Assembly: GCA_017499595.2 (NCBI GenBank)
Contig: CM039000.1
Coordinates: 744,001 to 808,000, forward strand
DNA: 64,000 nt
Reading direction: 5' to 3'
Source: Psilocybe cubensis
Lineage: Eukaryota
The translations under genes and the position numbers were made by a program. Positions 39,101-53,166 of this stretch are shown here, piece by piece. Below the pieces are notes generated by a model. That model saw only the letters and a list, made by a program, of their open reading frames with translations. It did no database searches and was not told the DNA's origin. Positions within the stretch are counted from its first letter, which is position 1; every line of letters starts with the position of its first letter.

Positions 39101-39639
39101 TTGATATTTTAGTACGACTTCAAGGTCTGTTCACTTGTCAGAGTATTCTTCCTTTGACAACAAAAGAAAAACGTGCCTTTGATGGCAGCAGCGTAAAACT
39201 TCAGTTGCTTGCGCGCCATAGCCCTCCTGAACCGAGCTTTATGAAAACGTGGATCACATTCGAGAGCAGTTGACGCTGCCCAAATTGATTCTTCGACACT
39301 ATTCAAGAGCGTTGGAAGGTTAATTTCAGAGTTGATTATGAGCATATAAACATCTCACTAATTCGCTTTAGCGAACGCCGCCGACAAGTTGGACAACAGG
39401 ACGGCCGTTGGACCACAAACGTTTATGGCTTCGACATAGTATTTGACAGCTTTGAGATAATTTCCGCTTCTGAAACTTTCATTTCCCTGATGCAGAAACC
39501 GTTAATACTAGAACAGATTCGAGGTAAATGGGGCAGTACATACCAAGGTTTTCAATTCCTCTGCTTGCTTTGCTTTTTCATCAGTCTTCTTCTTCCGAGA
39601 CTCTACGCGTCGTGCGGCTTGTGCTTCAAGAGGATCCAT
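36104..39639 (-). CDS. TPR + two CCCH zinc fingers + three tandem copies of an alpha/beta domain
   Basis: 5' exons encode TPR-like GNESFRSGNYLKAVKYY...LLSNLSAA...KARFRRAMAR. Fingers CRFYNHAGCARGSQCQYSH and CVELLLGTCKFGDAKCIYSH. Three repeats with Y.K.GG.V...W...G.lG.V...AMLGL. Confidence 0.8.
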
Positions 39640-40293
39640 ATAGAGAGATTCACATTCAAGACTTCTGGGCGAACGAGCTTATGAGATGATGCGGACAAGA
39701 ACCTATATACAAAGGGGTATTGTTGGTGGCGGGTCTTGGCACTTTTTAACATCCGCTCATCTTATCTTATCAATGTAACAAAGAACAATTTTATCTTCCG
39801 CCGACACCGGCTTCAGTCCCTGAACTAACCTTCACCTTCCAACTTGTACTCGTTCCTTCCGTCTTCCAAGTAAATCGATCTATTTGGTTTAATAGGCGGA
39901 TTATCTTTCATTTCTAATGTCTCATGACCACCAACAAACGATAATTTTGTGTTCTAAATCCTCACACCGATCCGAGTCCTTCAGGTATTCAAAAGTCAGC
40001 TCTAAAGGAAACCTTGAACGCTGTCAATAACATAAAAACGGTCAAAATTATGGTCAAGAGGTTTAATATTTCTAGTAGGATTATAATTAATTATTGGCTT
40101 GCGGACGACCACATGCATTAGGACACTACACTTCATTTGCTTCCGCCGATCTCATGGTTTATAAGAATCAAAGACATCCCAAAACAATTTTGGATACGCA
40201 CCATATTGCACAGGATGACTCTGGATTCTACCAACATCCTGTACTAGAGCTGGTTCTTACCCACATCAACATTCCTGTGGCTGCTCATTCAGG

Positions 40294-41870
40294 ATGGAAG
40301 AAGCAGGATCCGTTCCCATTCATTTATACCTTGGGTAAGCCAACCCTTCTCTTTTCAAATCATCTTTAACTAGGTTTCATTCACAGACCACCCTTGATTG
40401 GGACTTTCTTCAACACAATACTGTACACAGTGGAAGTTGTGTCGGTAATCATTTACTTTCGGACACCGAGGGCGAAGAAGGAGCGAAGGCTTATCACCTT
40501 CGCTGTGCTTTTTAATCTAATAGTGGACACAGTCGGGAGTTTTTCAGCTTGTGCATGGGCATACACTGTATGTTTTCTTTTTCTTTGGATATCACAGTTT
40601 AATCTCATCCACTATAAGTATTGTGTAACATTCTGGGGTCAGTATTTCTTCTCGGATAATTGTTATGCCTACTTACTTGACCCCAGGCAATGGTGATAGA
40701 ATTCGAAACTCTCACTGGTCTCTGATAACCAACATCGTCACTAACTCCATTTCTTCATTTGTGGTACAAAGTTTTCTCACCTATCGATATTGGAAGCTGT
40801 AAGCCATTAACTAACACTTGATTGTTTTTATTGTTGATATACACTTCTTATGACAGGTCATCCAATATATATGTCACAATCATAATCGGCTGTTTGATGA
40901 TTTTTGGGGTAAGAAGGCTTTTGAAAATTGTTTCCCATTCATCGACGTAAGGCAATAACAGTTCGCGGGGGACATTAATCTCGCAGTGAGATCTTCACAT
41001 TCCGATCGAACAGCCGATGATCGATTAACCGACACTCGCGACGTTGTGTGCGTATTCTCGCTCGTCTCGGTATTGGGGCGGCTCATACTCAACTTTCAAA
41101 CAGAATATCACTTGCTGGAACAGCAGCAGCAGACATCGCTATTACTATAGCCCTCACATTGACCCTATACGCGACAGAAACCTTTAACAGAGCCACCAAA
41201 CAGTGCGCTTGCTTAGTTACTGTGCAAAAAATTGGCCGTTACTGACTCTACGTTTAGCCTCGTCAGACGAATCATGACCATGGCAATAGTCACCGGAGCT
41301 GTGACTTCCATCGCTGCCGTTGTTGTACTAATTTTATTCCTGTGTTTACCTCTTTCCAGAGGTAAGTTGCTCTCAGACCTACGGGATTCTGTAATGACAT
41401 TTTATTTCAGTTTCCACGTGTTTCGCCTTGTTCCTTGGAAGAGTATATACTCTTACAATGCTCTACGTCTTGATACACAGAGATACAATGTCTCACGGTC
41501 TCATGAACGAGGTGGTTGATAGTTCAGGGATGCACAGCACAAGCGCAACAGAAACAGCCTACAACGGCTGTAAGTTAATTGGAAATGTTCTGCAGAAATC
41601 TACTCACGTGTATCTCTTTTCGTCTAGCTCAAGGCCCTCGACCGTTTTCGTCACATTCGGATAACATCATCTTCTCCCCACATCAAGTATGCCGTTGTCT
41701 GGTCCTAGTCTTGAAGTAACTCAAGATTTACACACATTATCTAGGATACCTTCCCTTCCATTCAGTCTCATTCTACCCCTGACTTGCACCATGGCTACTT
41801 GCCGAAGAGAATCATATCACGCCTCAGTGATAACGTTTACGCCAATAAAAACGACCGTTCGAATGTATAG
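40294..41870 (+). CDS. Multi-pass membrane protein, DUF6534-like
   Basis: Multi-exon gene with LGPPLIGTFFNTILY, FVVQSFL.YRYW, AAADIAITIAL, AIVTGAVTS and LGRVYTLTML. Confidence 0.7.
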
Positions 41871-42852
41871 CATCAGCTTCCAAACCATGTCATTACAATG
41901 TACTACTCAATATACGCGACCTGTATTATCGAACTATTCAAGAGTTCCCATTCCTGTATATTGATTTGCAATAGTCCAACAGTGTGCGCGCTGCGTGTCC
42001 ACTGTCCAGGACAGTTCCCAAATGTGACAGGTGAAGCCGGACACATCACAGGATAAGATAACGTCAGACGATTGGATCAGAAGCAGGTACTGTACAGTCA
42101 ACCGTAGCCTTGCAATCATAAGAGATGCAAACAAGGTTGACTGTACCTAAGGCACATCCACAAAAGAGTGATTGTCTTTTGTGTGTGATTTTCTGATCCC
42201 AATCGCGTTCTAGGCTTCAGTTTTCGTTTCCCACCCACCGCTCCCTTTTCAGCACCTGGTATAGCAGTCTCGTCCCAATCTCCATGTTACTAACCAGGTG
42301 CTCTGGTCTTACCCAGCTCTCCTTCTCTTCAGGACTTGCTGAAAGGTTTGGATTTGATTTAGTATGGGCATTCTTCGTGCCCACGAGCATTGGATCCATT
42401 TCATCGGGACCATGCTCTCGGCGTGCTCGCCTATTCGAACAAGTCAAGCAGGACGCGTTCGAAGTCACGTGATTTGACACGCCGATCACGCTCAAGCCCA
42501 AGGCACATCAAGTACTCTGTGAACAACGGTTTACTTGCGTATCTTCTTGCAGATATCTCATCTGACCGAATAACTTGGTTTGCACGGTTTCACACATACT
42601 GAGAACCATTTTCAGTTTATTACTCATTGGCTTCCTACACAAGAGGCAAGTTATCTTATCCAGGACCTACAACTGTTGTGCTAAAAGCACCGGCATGATG
42701 ACATCATGATGATCCCACAACCATGAGATAAGATAACGGTTCTAGGCAGTTTGTTCTTGGCTGGTTGTTACCGTGGCGTTGATTGATTCTGCTCAACTCG
42801 ATGTTTGCGCTTTGTCAAGTTCCTTCAGATTTTGTTCACGTTCGATTCTGCA

Positions 42853-45039
42853 ATGAGCAACGTTGTTTTGACCATTGCAGGCTCTGACTCTAGTGCTGGA
42901 GCTGGTATACAGGCGAGTGCTATATTCATCGGACCAGCAGCTCGCGGCTCAAGTTGATACGGAACAAAAACAGGCCGACCTGAAGGCTTTCGCTGCTCAT
43001 GGCTGCTACGGAACGAGTGTAATTACCGCCTTGACCGCTCAAAACACCAAAGGAATACAGGGTGTTCATGCAACTCCACCCGGATTCGTAGCGCAGCAAG
43101 TAAGCATCCGTGTTTCTCAAACCTCGATTCTCACTTGTCTTGGGGCGGTAATGGTTATGAACACATTTTGACATATGAATTGCTCTATTTATCATAGATA
43201 ACATCCATATTCGACGACTTGGATGTTCGTGCTATCAAGACTGGAATGCTTTTCGATGCAGCAATCGCGACAGTGGTTGCTCAATGCCTCAAAACGCATG
43301 TAGCACAGGGTGCGCTGCCCCCTGTCATTTGCGATCCAGTTTGCGTTTCGACCTCAGGCCATACGCTGTTACATGAAGATGCCCTTCAAGTCCTCATTTC
43401 AGAGCTCTTCCCTCTTGCTACTCTTATCACCCCTAACAAACCTGAAGCTGAGCTTCTCCTATCAAAAATGGGTGTGCCGGATGTTGAAATCAACAACTTG
43501 GATGACATGTTGTCATCCGCGAAGAAACTGTTATCGGTCGGATGTGAAGCTGTACTTCTCAAAGGAGGGCATGTCATTACCAGCATTGACGAAGTCGTTT
43601 TGGCTCAGGAAAAATACTCCGGTTTAAAGGTCATTAAACAGGGCATGCTAGGAGACAACATGGAGATTATTCTGGTCAACTACCCAGAAATCGCGATTGA
43701 GAACTTGGAACTGGTCGCAGATGTGCTCTGTCAAAAATCTGGCTCAACGACAATCTTTGTACGCCCACACATCAAATCCTCGAGTACACATGGTACAGGA
43801 TGTACTTTGAGCTCTGCCATTGCCGCGGAACTCGCCAATGGATCTCCTTGTACGTACAAGATCATCCGACAGGCCTGCTTCACAGTCTCATCGATGTGCT
43901 AGTGGAAGATGCAGTTGCGAATGCTGCGTTGTACACACATCTCGGAATTCAAGCTGCGGATCCGATCGGCAGTGGACATGGGCCTCTAAATCACTTTCAC
44001 AACGTCACGAAAATTTTGATTCCACAGTAAGCACAGGAAAGGTTGGTAAAAGAAAACTGATTTTTACTTACGAATTTAGGCGCACGGAGACAAATCCGTA
44101 CCCTTTCACTCGACTCCTCATTGAAGGTGCCTCATCCAGTTGGAAAGATTATGTCGAGCACGCCTTCGTCAAGCAACTTGGAGAAGGGACTCTCGATCGA
44201 GCTCGATTTATTCATTTCATCAAGTATGTGTGTAATTTACTGCATATGCTTCGCCACAGAAGCCTAGTTGACCAATACTGACACTATTTGTATCTGGTCA
44301 GACAGGACTACCTGTACCTCAAATACTATGCACGGGCATATGGGTAAGTACAGTATTGCTCATTCTTTGCGCAACACTTACGTGTATCGCCATACAAGGC
44401 TCCTTGCCGCGAAATCAACATCCTTCGGGTGGATACGAAGCGCAACAGAGACGATCCTCAACGTCCTTCACGAGATTGGAAACCACAAAACGTACTGCTC
44501 CACTTTTGGCATTACAGAGGCTGAACTAGAGAGCACACCAGAGTCAGCAGCTACAACTTCCTACGGTGCCTATATCATGGATGTTGGCTTGCAAGGTAAG
44601 CTCAAACGTTGTGCTCAACACGTTCTACGAGCCAAGAATTAAATATAATATCTTCCAGGCGATTCTATGAAATTGGTGATGGCGTTGACAGCATGCTTAC
44701 TCGGATATGGGGAGGTGGGCCTTTGGTTGAAAAAACAAGCCAGCACAAAAAACAGCTGGGTTATGCTAGAGGGAAATCCGTACAAACATTGGATCCAAGA
44801 ATACTCCGGATCGATGTACCAGGACGCCGTTAGAATTGGTTTAGGTGGGTATTGATCCCTGTAGAATGTCCACCGTCTCCTGACACCGTCGTGAATCCGA
44901 AAATATAGAAACAATAGAATCGTACGCCGTAGCCGACCCGCCATCCGCACAAAGGCTGAAAGAGTGGCAGACCGTTTGGGAGAGATGTACGAGGTTGGAG
45001 AAAGGGTTCTGGGACATGGCGATGCAGTTGAGCGAGTAA
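42853..45039 (+). CDS. THI20: Hydroxymethylpyrimidine(-phosphate) kinase fused to a TenA/thiaminase II domain
   Basis: VLTIAGSDSSAGAGIQADLK, ALTAQNT, IKTGML, TPNKPEA, HGTGCTLSSA, GHGPLNH, then the TenA part (QDYLYL, LEKGFW). Confidence 0.92.
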
Positions 45040-45162
45040 GATGTGCAAAGAATTATTGATATATGTATGCCCCGATATATATACAGCGAATAGATTAAGG
45101 AATAGAGATGGTATAGCATGGCGAATAACCGAAAACTTCTGAATAGAGGGGGATGATATTGC

Positions 45163-46797
45163 CTATGACTGCGCTGGTGGCGGTGGCGGCGGTGGAACGT
45201 ATAACTCCTTCCTTGGTTTCTTTTCTAAATTGGCATCAACTTTTGGAGGTTCATGTAGTATAGGTTTTTCATCTTCAGTTTCTTGCTTTAACTCGAGTTC
45301 TTCGCTGGGTCTCGGTGGTACATATTTCATTTCTTCCGTTTCTTCCTCCAGCTTTATTTCGACTTTCGGTGGTGAATCCTGAACTTTGGTAACATTGGTG
45401 AAGATGATTTCTTTCCGATTCTTGGTGGTCACTGTCCTAGCGCTTGGGCAAAGGCCCTTGGCGCTCAAGTCACACATATCACATCTAGGCCCTACAGGTA
45501 GGCAAACGACCTGATAACCATTGAGTATGATGTATCGCAATACAAAGCCAGCGTCAATCATAGTTACCTGTCCAAACCCCACCAGCATGTGGTTGATATC
45601 GCCGAACAGTTCTTTTGGCAGCCAGGATTGCAAGTTAAGTCTATTGGGGGCAATCGCCGTTCAGTATTCAATGAAACCATTCACGAGGATCAATTTTGGA
45701 CGCACCGCGTTTGCTCTGGCGTGGTGGTAGGGGGTTTGTGCCATCCGAGAAGGTTGGTTATACGATGAACATGAACGTCCACTCCAATGCCATCATACCT
45801 AACGTGCGGGATTAGAAGCGCTAGGCGATTTATTCACATTGTTACTCACTGATTCCACGCAATCTGCAAAGCAAGGAAAGCCATCTTGGGTCCCACTCCA
45901 GGTAAAGAGCATAACTCGTCCACTGAACTAGGGACATCAGAGTCGAAATCGTCGCGCAGACGAATGGCAGCTTGCTTGAGGTAGCTGTTCCAGTGCACCG
46001 CGTTAATTCAAAGTGAAAATGAGGAAGATATAGAAAGCAAATACGTAGTCTTTCTCCTCCAAAAGCCTACTTTAGCGATTGCTTCTGAAATAACGGAGTC
46101 ATCTGCTGCGATCATGGCGTCGACGGAGATGCTGCCTCCGAATGCTTTTCTGAGGTTGTCTACAGCGGCATTCGTCACTTCGTCTTTTGTTTGCGAGGAG
46201 AGCATCAACGAAACGAGTGTCGCGTAACGTCGATTCTGTAAACAGCAAATATGTGAGTAAATGCCGCCGCGAAGTTCTATGGACGGACAGCACCTTAGGA
46301 TCCGTCTCCGCGACCTGTGCTTGCTGGCAACCCATAGTGTCCACAGGTGCTACAAAACGCGACCTCATTTCTTTAATAGTGTCGTATGTCTCCCTCCACT
46401 TCGGAGGAGCTGGATGTGGGGTGCCCAATTCCTGGGGTATAGCCTTCGTCTTCCCTTTCTTCGGAGACGTCACATTGGTAGCAGGTTTCTTCTGCGGTGT
46501 CGGGTTGCTTGACTGTGCAGCATCTTGTAAGGAAGGTCTAACCACCTTTGTCGGCGTTGCTCTTTTGCGTTTCTTCGGGGTATCTGTCTCTGACTCCGGG
46601 TCGAGCTTGACCAGGTTAAGGTCTTCCAAGTCAACCAAACTTTCGGTCTTGACTTCAGCTTTGATCTCTGTTTTGATTCGTTTAGAGCGACGCGGGGAAT
46701 CCTGAGGGCCCGAAATCTCAAGTAAGGTAACTTGAGGGTCGAACTGGCTAACCCGAGATGTTAGTCGATTCGACGCTGTTCTCTTTGAACTCGACAT
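45163..46797 (-). CDS. NTH1: Endonuclease III homolog (HhH-GPD DNA glycosylase/AP lyase)
   Basis: [46 protein letters not shown] and the FeS motif [11 protein letters not shown]...C. Confidence 0.93.
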
Positions 46798-47144
46798 TGT
46801 CCTAAATCCAAGGCTAAAGAAACAGTGAGGTTGGAAAATACGCGCCACTCTGAATTATACCAATTTACGTTCAGCTCGACGTTTTGTTCTGAGACCAAGA
46901 GCAAGAGGATCAGTAATACCGGCAAAAGCCGAACAACAACAACGCGACTGTTCCTCCTGTCTACATCTCACACTCACCAGTGATATCAGCACGTTAGAAG
47001 GCGTATGCATGTTGTCCCCACTATTCGAAGAATTTTACACATCGGAGAAGATCAAATCTACATGTACGCTATTTCACTTTGATTTCAACACTCCAATCCT
47101 CATTTATTTAAAAAGATACTCAACCACACCAATTCTAGATATCA

Positions 47145-48878
47145 TTACGCGTTATACGTCAGCGAGAAATCCTTGAACCATACATATTGGTCCTGAGGAG
47201 TCGCATACTTTGATTCATGGCCACCAAAGAAGGTACTTGAAGGCGGGGTAGTCAGTTTGTGAACGAAGAATGGGCATACGTGAATTGATCTTACCTGAAG
47301 AAGATTCCAGCAAATTTTACCTCCGATTCTTCGACCGATTCGATTGCAACTGGGATCGCTGTCGTTGCGGCTGCGACTGGCACTCCTGTGGTGCTAACTA
47401 TTACATCGAACGTGCGAGGCCCCCGCGGTTGTAATCTAGTCTCCCGTAACCTGGGGCCCAATGGATCGGAGAGTGTAGTTTGCACAATCTGCCGACTGCC
47501 ATCATGGGAGCCTTCTGGAACTGGCGTTCCGCGACGGCGGATACCAAGTATGCCTCCCAAGATTGGTCCAAGAAGCCCTCCGTCATCTCCATCATCTGAG
47601 GTGCTGGTCGGTGCTGGGTGCTTCGTTGATGTTTTTTTGGGCCGCGTTGTCTTTCTGGTTTTGCTAGGTGATACCTTCTTGGCTTTAAGATCGTCGCGGT
47701 AAAATATGTCGTCTCGATGTATGGCCTGTTCTCCGTTGACGTGTAGAGTGAAACGTCCATCTTGCTTCCCGGGAGTATTCAAGACGACAGTTTGCTTTAC
47801 CGTTGTCCATGAACCTGCTTGCCAGTTGAACAAACCACGACCTACTGATAGTCCGTATGTGGCATCGCAAACCGAATTCGGATCTGAACAAAGAGCATCT
47901 GTTTGTTTGTCTTTTGGTGCGTACTATGCGATTTTCATGAATGATAAGTAGTAGCTAAACGCGATGCAGACGTACCAGGTACAATTCCCCTGCTCCATCC
48001 TCCCTCCACATGAGTCGGGTACTAAAGCAATCCAACGCAGCATTTCCTCCTGAACACCCTGTATGTCCGCCATACAAACCTGGAAGTTTTCCGCCTAGCA
48101 CCCAGTCGAAATTCTCGGGAAAGAAGACGCTATAACCCATAGTTACGTTACGCGCATTCGAAATATCGATAGGGGATGCGTAAAATTCAGCACCTCCTTG
48201 TGGCTTATTCGCTGGGTCGATGGAGTTGGCGGGATACAACAACTGCATAACTGAACTGTCGCTGTCTGGAACAGGGTTTCCTTGACTAGATGCCGCAAGA
48301 TCTGAATCGTTATTCCTTGATGACGTGTCTACGATAATCTTCATGTTTTTTTCACCTCCGGCAAATTTGGAGATTTGGAATGAACTGAGATCGGTCATGT
48401 CTGGAGGTGACGACCATGTGGTTTTCGTCCCATCCGTGGGCAAATCATTGGGTGCGGAGTTCGTTGGAGTTGAAGGGATAATAGAACTTGTTACAGTGAT
48501 AATCTCCGTTACTGTCGTCGGCGACAAAGACACTGTGACAGTGGTTACCTCCTCTTTGGTTATCGTTATCGTTAACGTTGATTCTGTTGTTGAAGGGGAA
48601 GGGGTCGCCATATATGAAAAGGAGAACGGGTATTGGTGTTGATTAGATAAGATGTTTGAAGAAACCGTCGGATCGGGTGGCGACCATGGACCGAAAAGAA
48701 GGCTTTCAACATCGTCCAACATGAAGGGTATAGCTTTTTGGCAAGAAAAACATGACGCCATGCTTGGGTACGCTGCGGAGTCAACCTGGGACGAAGGCTC
48801 ATCTACCATGGGGGCAGAATGGATAGAACGAAGACATGAAAACAGAATCGTCCATAGCGATACCTTCGGTGCAACCAT
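47145..48878 (-). CDS. Polysaccharide lyase family 14 protein, secreted, with a Ser/Thr-rich linker
   Basis: Signal peptide, GGAEFYA, FDWVLGGKLPGLYGG, CFSTRLMWR, YGLSVGRG and STFFGG. Confidence 0.88.
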
Positions 48879-49203
48879 TCAGGAAATTCAGAGAGGTGAC
48901 GATAAAAGGGCGCGTAAGGTTAAATCGCATGATACGAGTTTCAATAGCTGGTTCTACTTATTTCCCTTGAAAATGAAATTCCAGGCTACCCTCAAATTCG
49001 ACTCAAACCGAGACACAATGCCATATACGACATAGAAAAGATAGATGTATCGTGCCCATTTACACGGCTAGGATATAATGAAATATCAGCTAGATGAAAA
49101 TTTTGACACCATCAACTCCCGTTACGATATGCGTGTGCGTATCAAAATACTATGGAAGTCATCGAAGGTCCTAATTCCTATGTCTCTTTTCAGATATTGC
49201 AGG

Positions 49204-50394
49204 CTAGTCGTGGCAATCTGAGCAACACGAAGCGGCGCCGTCCATTTCTACCTCTTTTGATTCAGGAATTCTGTGCGAAGGAATTATGTTTTGACACTTA
49301 GACGCCGAAGGGAATTCGCAGCATGGTACATGTTCAATTTTCGTTGTTGGTTCGTCGATTCCACTTCCCCCAGGCCGAAATGAAATATCACCTTGACCAG
49401 CTTTTGCCACAGGAGTTGCAACGGGAACTGCGCAGCATTTTTCTCTGGGTGTAGGCCCATCCAATTGCATCTGTGGAGGCTAGTTTAATTCTGCATCTGC
49501 TCACACGTATAAAGCATCACCTGGGAACTTGGCAAACAGTCATCCGACTTATCAGCATCATAGCCGCCACAACTTCCTTTTTCGAGATCCGAGCAACAAC
49601 CACATCCGCCACTCTCCTCTGAGGCACCGTTCCCTTTCTCACCATCCTCGTTCTCGGGACATTCCTTAACCTCCGGCCTTGCCCGACAGTCTTCGCAGCA
49701 TCCACCTGTAAATTCATTGCTACTAGCCCACGCAACCATCTTGTACCCCTCCCAACCGAATAACACGCTCAGGATCATAGATGTCGCCCCGTCGATCCAC
49801 CATCCTCCATGCCAGACTCGGAATATCAAGCTACCAACAAAGAGCACGCAGGTTAGCTGAATACAGCTGAGCGAACATACGGCCTCTCCTCGCATCGTGC
49901 TACTGTTCAGGGCTGTGGCCAGATAACGCTTTGGCAACCAGATAAGGACCATGATGACAAGAGCGGAAGCAGATATGATCAGGGATGCATTCGATGTGTC
50001 TGGTTCTCTGTGTAGGACCAAAATGGCGATCGAGCTGGCTAATGTCCCTAACCCTAGCGCGATGAGGAGAACGCCAATGCCAAATGTCCCATACTTCTCG
50101 AATCTAGATTGAATGTAAGCTCAGAAAAGCCATGCAATCATTGCCGTACTGCAAGTCCTTCGTGTTCAAAGCAGCTCCTCGTTCCTCTCCAGGTTTTGCT
50201 ATCTTTCTAAATCTCCAAACGACAAGAAGTGCTGATACGACTTCGATCCCGGATTGGATGCCGAAGAAAATTAATGATCTCGAATTGGATTCAGCTCCAA
50301 ATCCGATGGATATACCGCCTTCAAGACCGTTGTATATCACGCTAATAATGCTTATGCCTATGGCATACTGCTGGAGACGACGGTAGGGAGGCAT
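49204..50394 (-). CDS. Cation-efflux (CDF/TMEM163-like) membrane protein with a Cys-rich tail
   Basis: YNGLEGGISI...SLIFFGIQSGIEVVSALLVVWRF and WWIDG. CC/CxC clusters in the C-terminal region. Confidence 0.7.
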
Positions 50395-51597
50395 GGTATT
50401 GTGGTGAGAAATCCAGCTACGGTCAGGAGGTATCATGGTGGATTTAAAATCAATCACCGGGCTCTAGAAGCTTAGTGAAAGAAGCCATGATACTCACTTA
50501 AAAATAGACTGACTAAAGACTTGGAAAAAATTAGTTGGTGACCGAGACGACCAGCAAATAAACTTGCACGGCAAAAGGCTCCATTTGTTGTGAGGTCCTG
50601 AATATCTTCCTATGAATGATTTAGGGACTGTATCATGACAGGCCTCAGTGCTTCCAAATGATCGTCGTCGTCGCTAAAGTCATATCAACCACAGTACCCG
50701 TGTACTCCAAACTGGACAGTGAAATTAAGAATATTCGAGATTAAGGGAATCGGAGGTTCTAACAGCATCTGAAACTCGCTGTGACAGATAGGTGCAAGTT
50801 ACGAGGTGCGATTGTTGTGATTTCTATTAGGAAAAGTACACCAAAGGGTTTTGTGCAAACAAGCACGGTTTTCCATGTTGTTCACAAACGTCGTGTTAGA
50901 GGCAAATTTTAAGGCTACTGTTTAGCTTTAGCGCTCACACGCACTGCTAATTACACGGTTTGGTTACCCATCACTGCCTTCCATTCGTCGTTGTCAGGCT
51001 CTATCAACCATTGGTCTTGCCTGCTATTTTTAATACTGTCAATCCCTCCCATGTACCCCAAGAGTTGCCGTTCACCTTTATTTGCCTCTGTGTTGGTGAA
51101 TGGCCATGCAACTAACGAAGTGTGATGAAATTGAACGAAACGATACAACAACGCTACAGCTTTGAGGTATTTTCTGTGAAGGAACTTATTTGGTCCCTCC
51201 CTCCCTAGGTAACGAGAAGACAGCCCGCTTTGAATCAACATCGTGCTAAAGAAGAATGAACTAGCTCCACTGGGATCGGGAGTTTCTCTGGTTAGGTGGA
51301 GATTGACACATGGTATGTCGGTAGCCTTGGGTTTCCCCTTATGCTGCATAGCAAAACCGAGCGCAATGATTATACTACAAATCGTGTCATACCTGGGGGT
51401 CAGAATTGGATAAATACCTGGCATATTGCACCAGGTCTCTGCACCCAATCACCCTTTGCAGTTTCTTCCCTTTCTCCCAGGACAGGTTCCTTGTTTGTGG
51501 CAATTTCCTTTATTTTGTTCAAATTCACACTTCTGGTTCTTTCCATCTCCCTTCTCCCTATCTGTCTGCGACATTTTAATTTTCCACTCCCACTAAT

Positions 51598-52765
51598 ATG
51601 TTCTCTCGTTCATTCATTCAATCTGCTCTTGTGTTGGTCTTCGCCCTACAGGTTCATGGGCACGCCGCAGTCGCTCCCGTCCTCGGTGTCTCCGGTAACC
51701 CGGTCCGCGCTGACGTTAAGCGCCCGAATAACATCAACCCGTGCGGCGCTGGCGTCAACATTGCCAGTGAATTTGACTCCTCGACGGCCGCTCCCGCTGA
51801 CGCTTCGGGTTCATTCAACGGTGTGGTATTTAACTTCAACAGGTCGATATTCAATATCTATAGAAATTTAGAAAGCATTTAACATTTTTTCAGATTGTTG
51901 GACGGTTCACGACAAGTATCAGCTGCTGTCGACCCGACCGGGACAGGCTCTAGCTTCACCCCCATGACTGTGACTACTAACGGCGACAAGGTATGAATTT
52001 TATTTTCCGATTTCATGGAATTTTTTAAATATTATGTATCAGGTTTCTCAAAACCTCGGCTCTCAGCCAATTGTTGCGCAACTTCCAGCTGGAATGGTTT
52101 GCACAGGGGGAGCGACCAAAAACAAATGTCTCGTCGTAAGCAAGCATTGAAAATAATATCTGCAGTATACCTAACCTCTTTGTAGCAATTTAAAAACGTC
52201 GCTGGGTTTGGAAACTGTATGGTTGTATCACAGGATAGCAACTCCAGTTCAAACTCCACCTCCTCGGATGATAGCAGCAGTACAACAGTTGACTCAACAT
52301 CTACAGCGACAGACTCGGCCGATCTTTCTACCGCCACAGATAATGTGTTCTCAACGGATTCGTCTGACCTCTCTACCACGAGCGTTGCGGATATTTCTTC
52401 TGCGACCGTAACAGCGGCCGCTGCGACTGCGACCAGCACCTCATTGTTTGGGTCCTCGCAGAGTACTGGGAGTCAAAGTACAGGATCCAACCTCTCTGGA
52501 AACAGTGTTGCAAGTGGAATCAAAGGAAATATTGCCAACAAACTTACTGGATTAAAGGTATTGTGTTTTAATCCTTCGCTCAGAATTCGATATTCACATG
52601 GTATTAATCTTCTACTTCCTTTAGGAGAAGCTCCAGGGTGCAGCCAAGGTTCCGGTAAGCAAATCTATGAAAAATGTCAATGACATGTAAGCTGACCTGG
52701 CGAATCTTTAGGGAACTCGTGCTGCTAGGTCCTTGTTGGCCGAACTTGCTGGGATCGACCATTAA
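51598..52765 (+). CDS. Secreted GAS1/Egh16 (DUF3129)-like protein with a Ser/Thr-rich tail
   Basis: Signal peptide then HAAV..., PCG, DGSR, LPAGMVCTGG...CLV.F...GFGNC. Multi-exon. Confidence 0.7.
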
Positions 52766-53166
52766 GTCGAACTTTTTCTTTGTTATTTATGTTGCCTGGA
52801 GCAAGAAATTTGACGCATAAAGGACAGTAAAATATATCTTAGACACACTGTAGAGTAGTGAAGGGTCTCTTAACGTGAAGTAATGGGATATGTCCCTTTT
52901 CCAGAGTATTCCATGGACAATGCAAGAAAGATATACATGCTTCAGTGTTTAAAACATGTGTGATATTTTTGAAGTCGCGTCTTCCCCCAGCTTAGACTTT
53001 ATTGCGATGTTTATTGTATTTTCCCAGTTGCACACTACTTTAGTTAACATAAGACATAAGTAATAACCCAGAAAGAAATAGAGAAGAGACATAAAATATC
53101 ATCGAGGAGGGCACGAGCTGGTACGAGGCATTTGTCGAACAGGAGCACAGGGGGACATTTGGAATT

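Noticed and set aside
42500-43200. TPP riboswitch at the thiamine salvage gene
   Set aside because: A CTGAGA occurs near 42600 but the downstream aptamer core (CCTGAT...TAATGCC.GCG) is not visible. An Rfam RF00059 scan would settle it.
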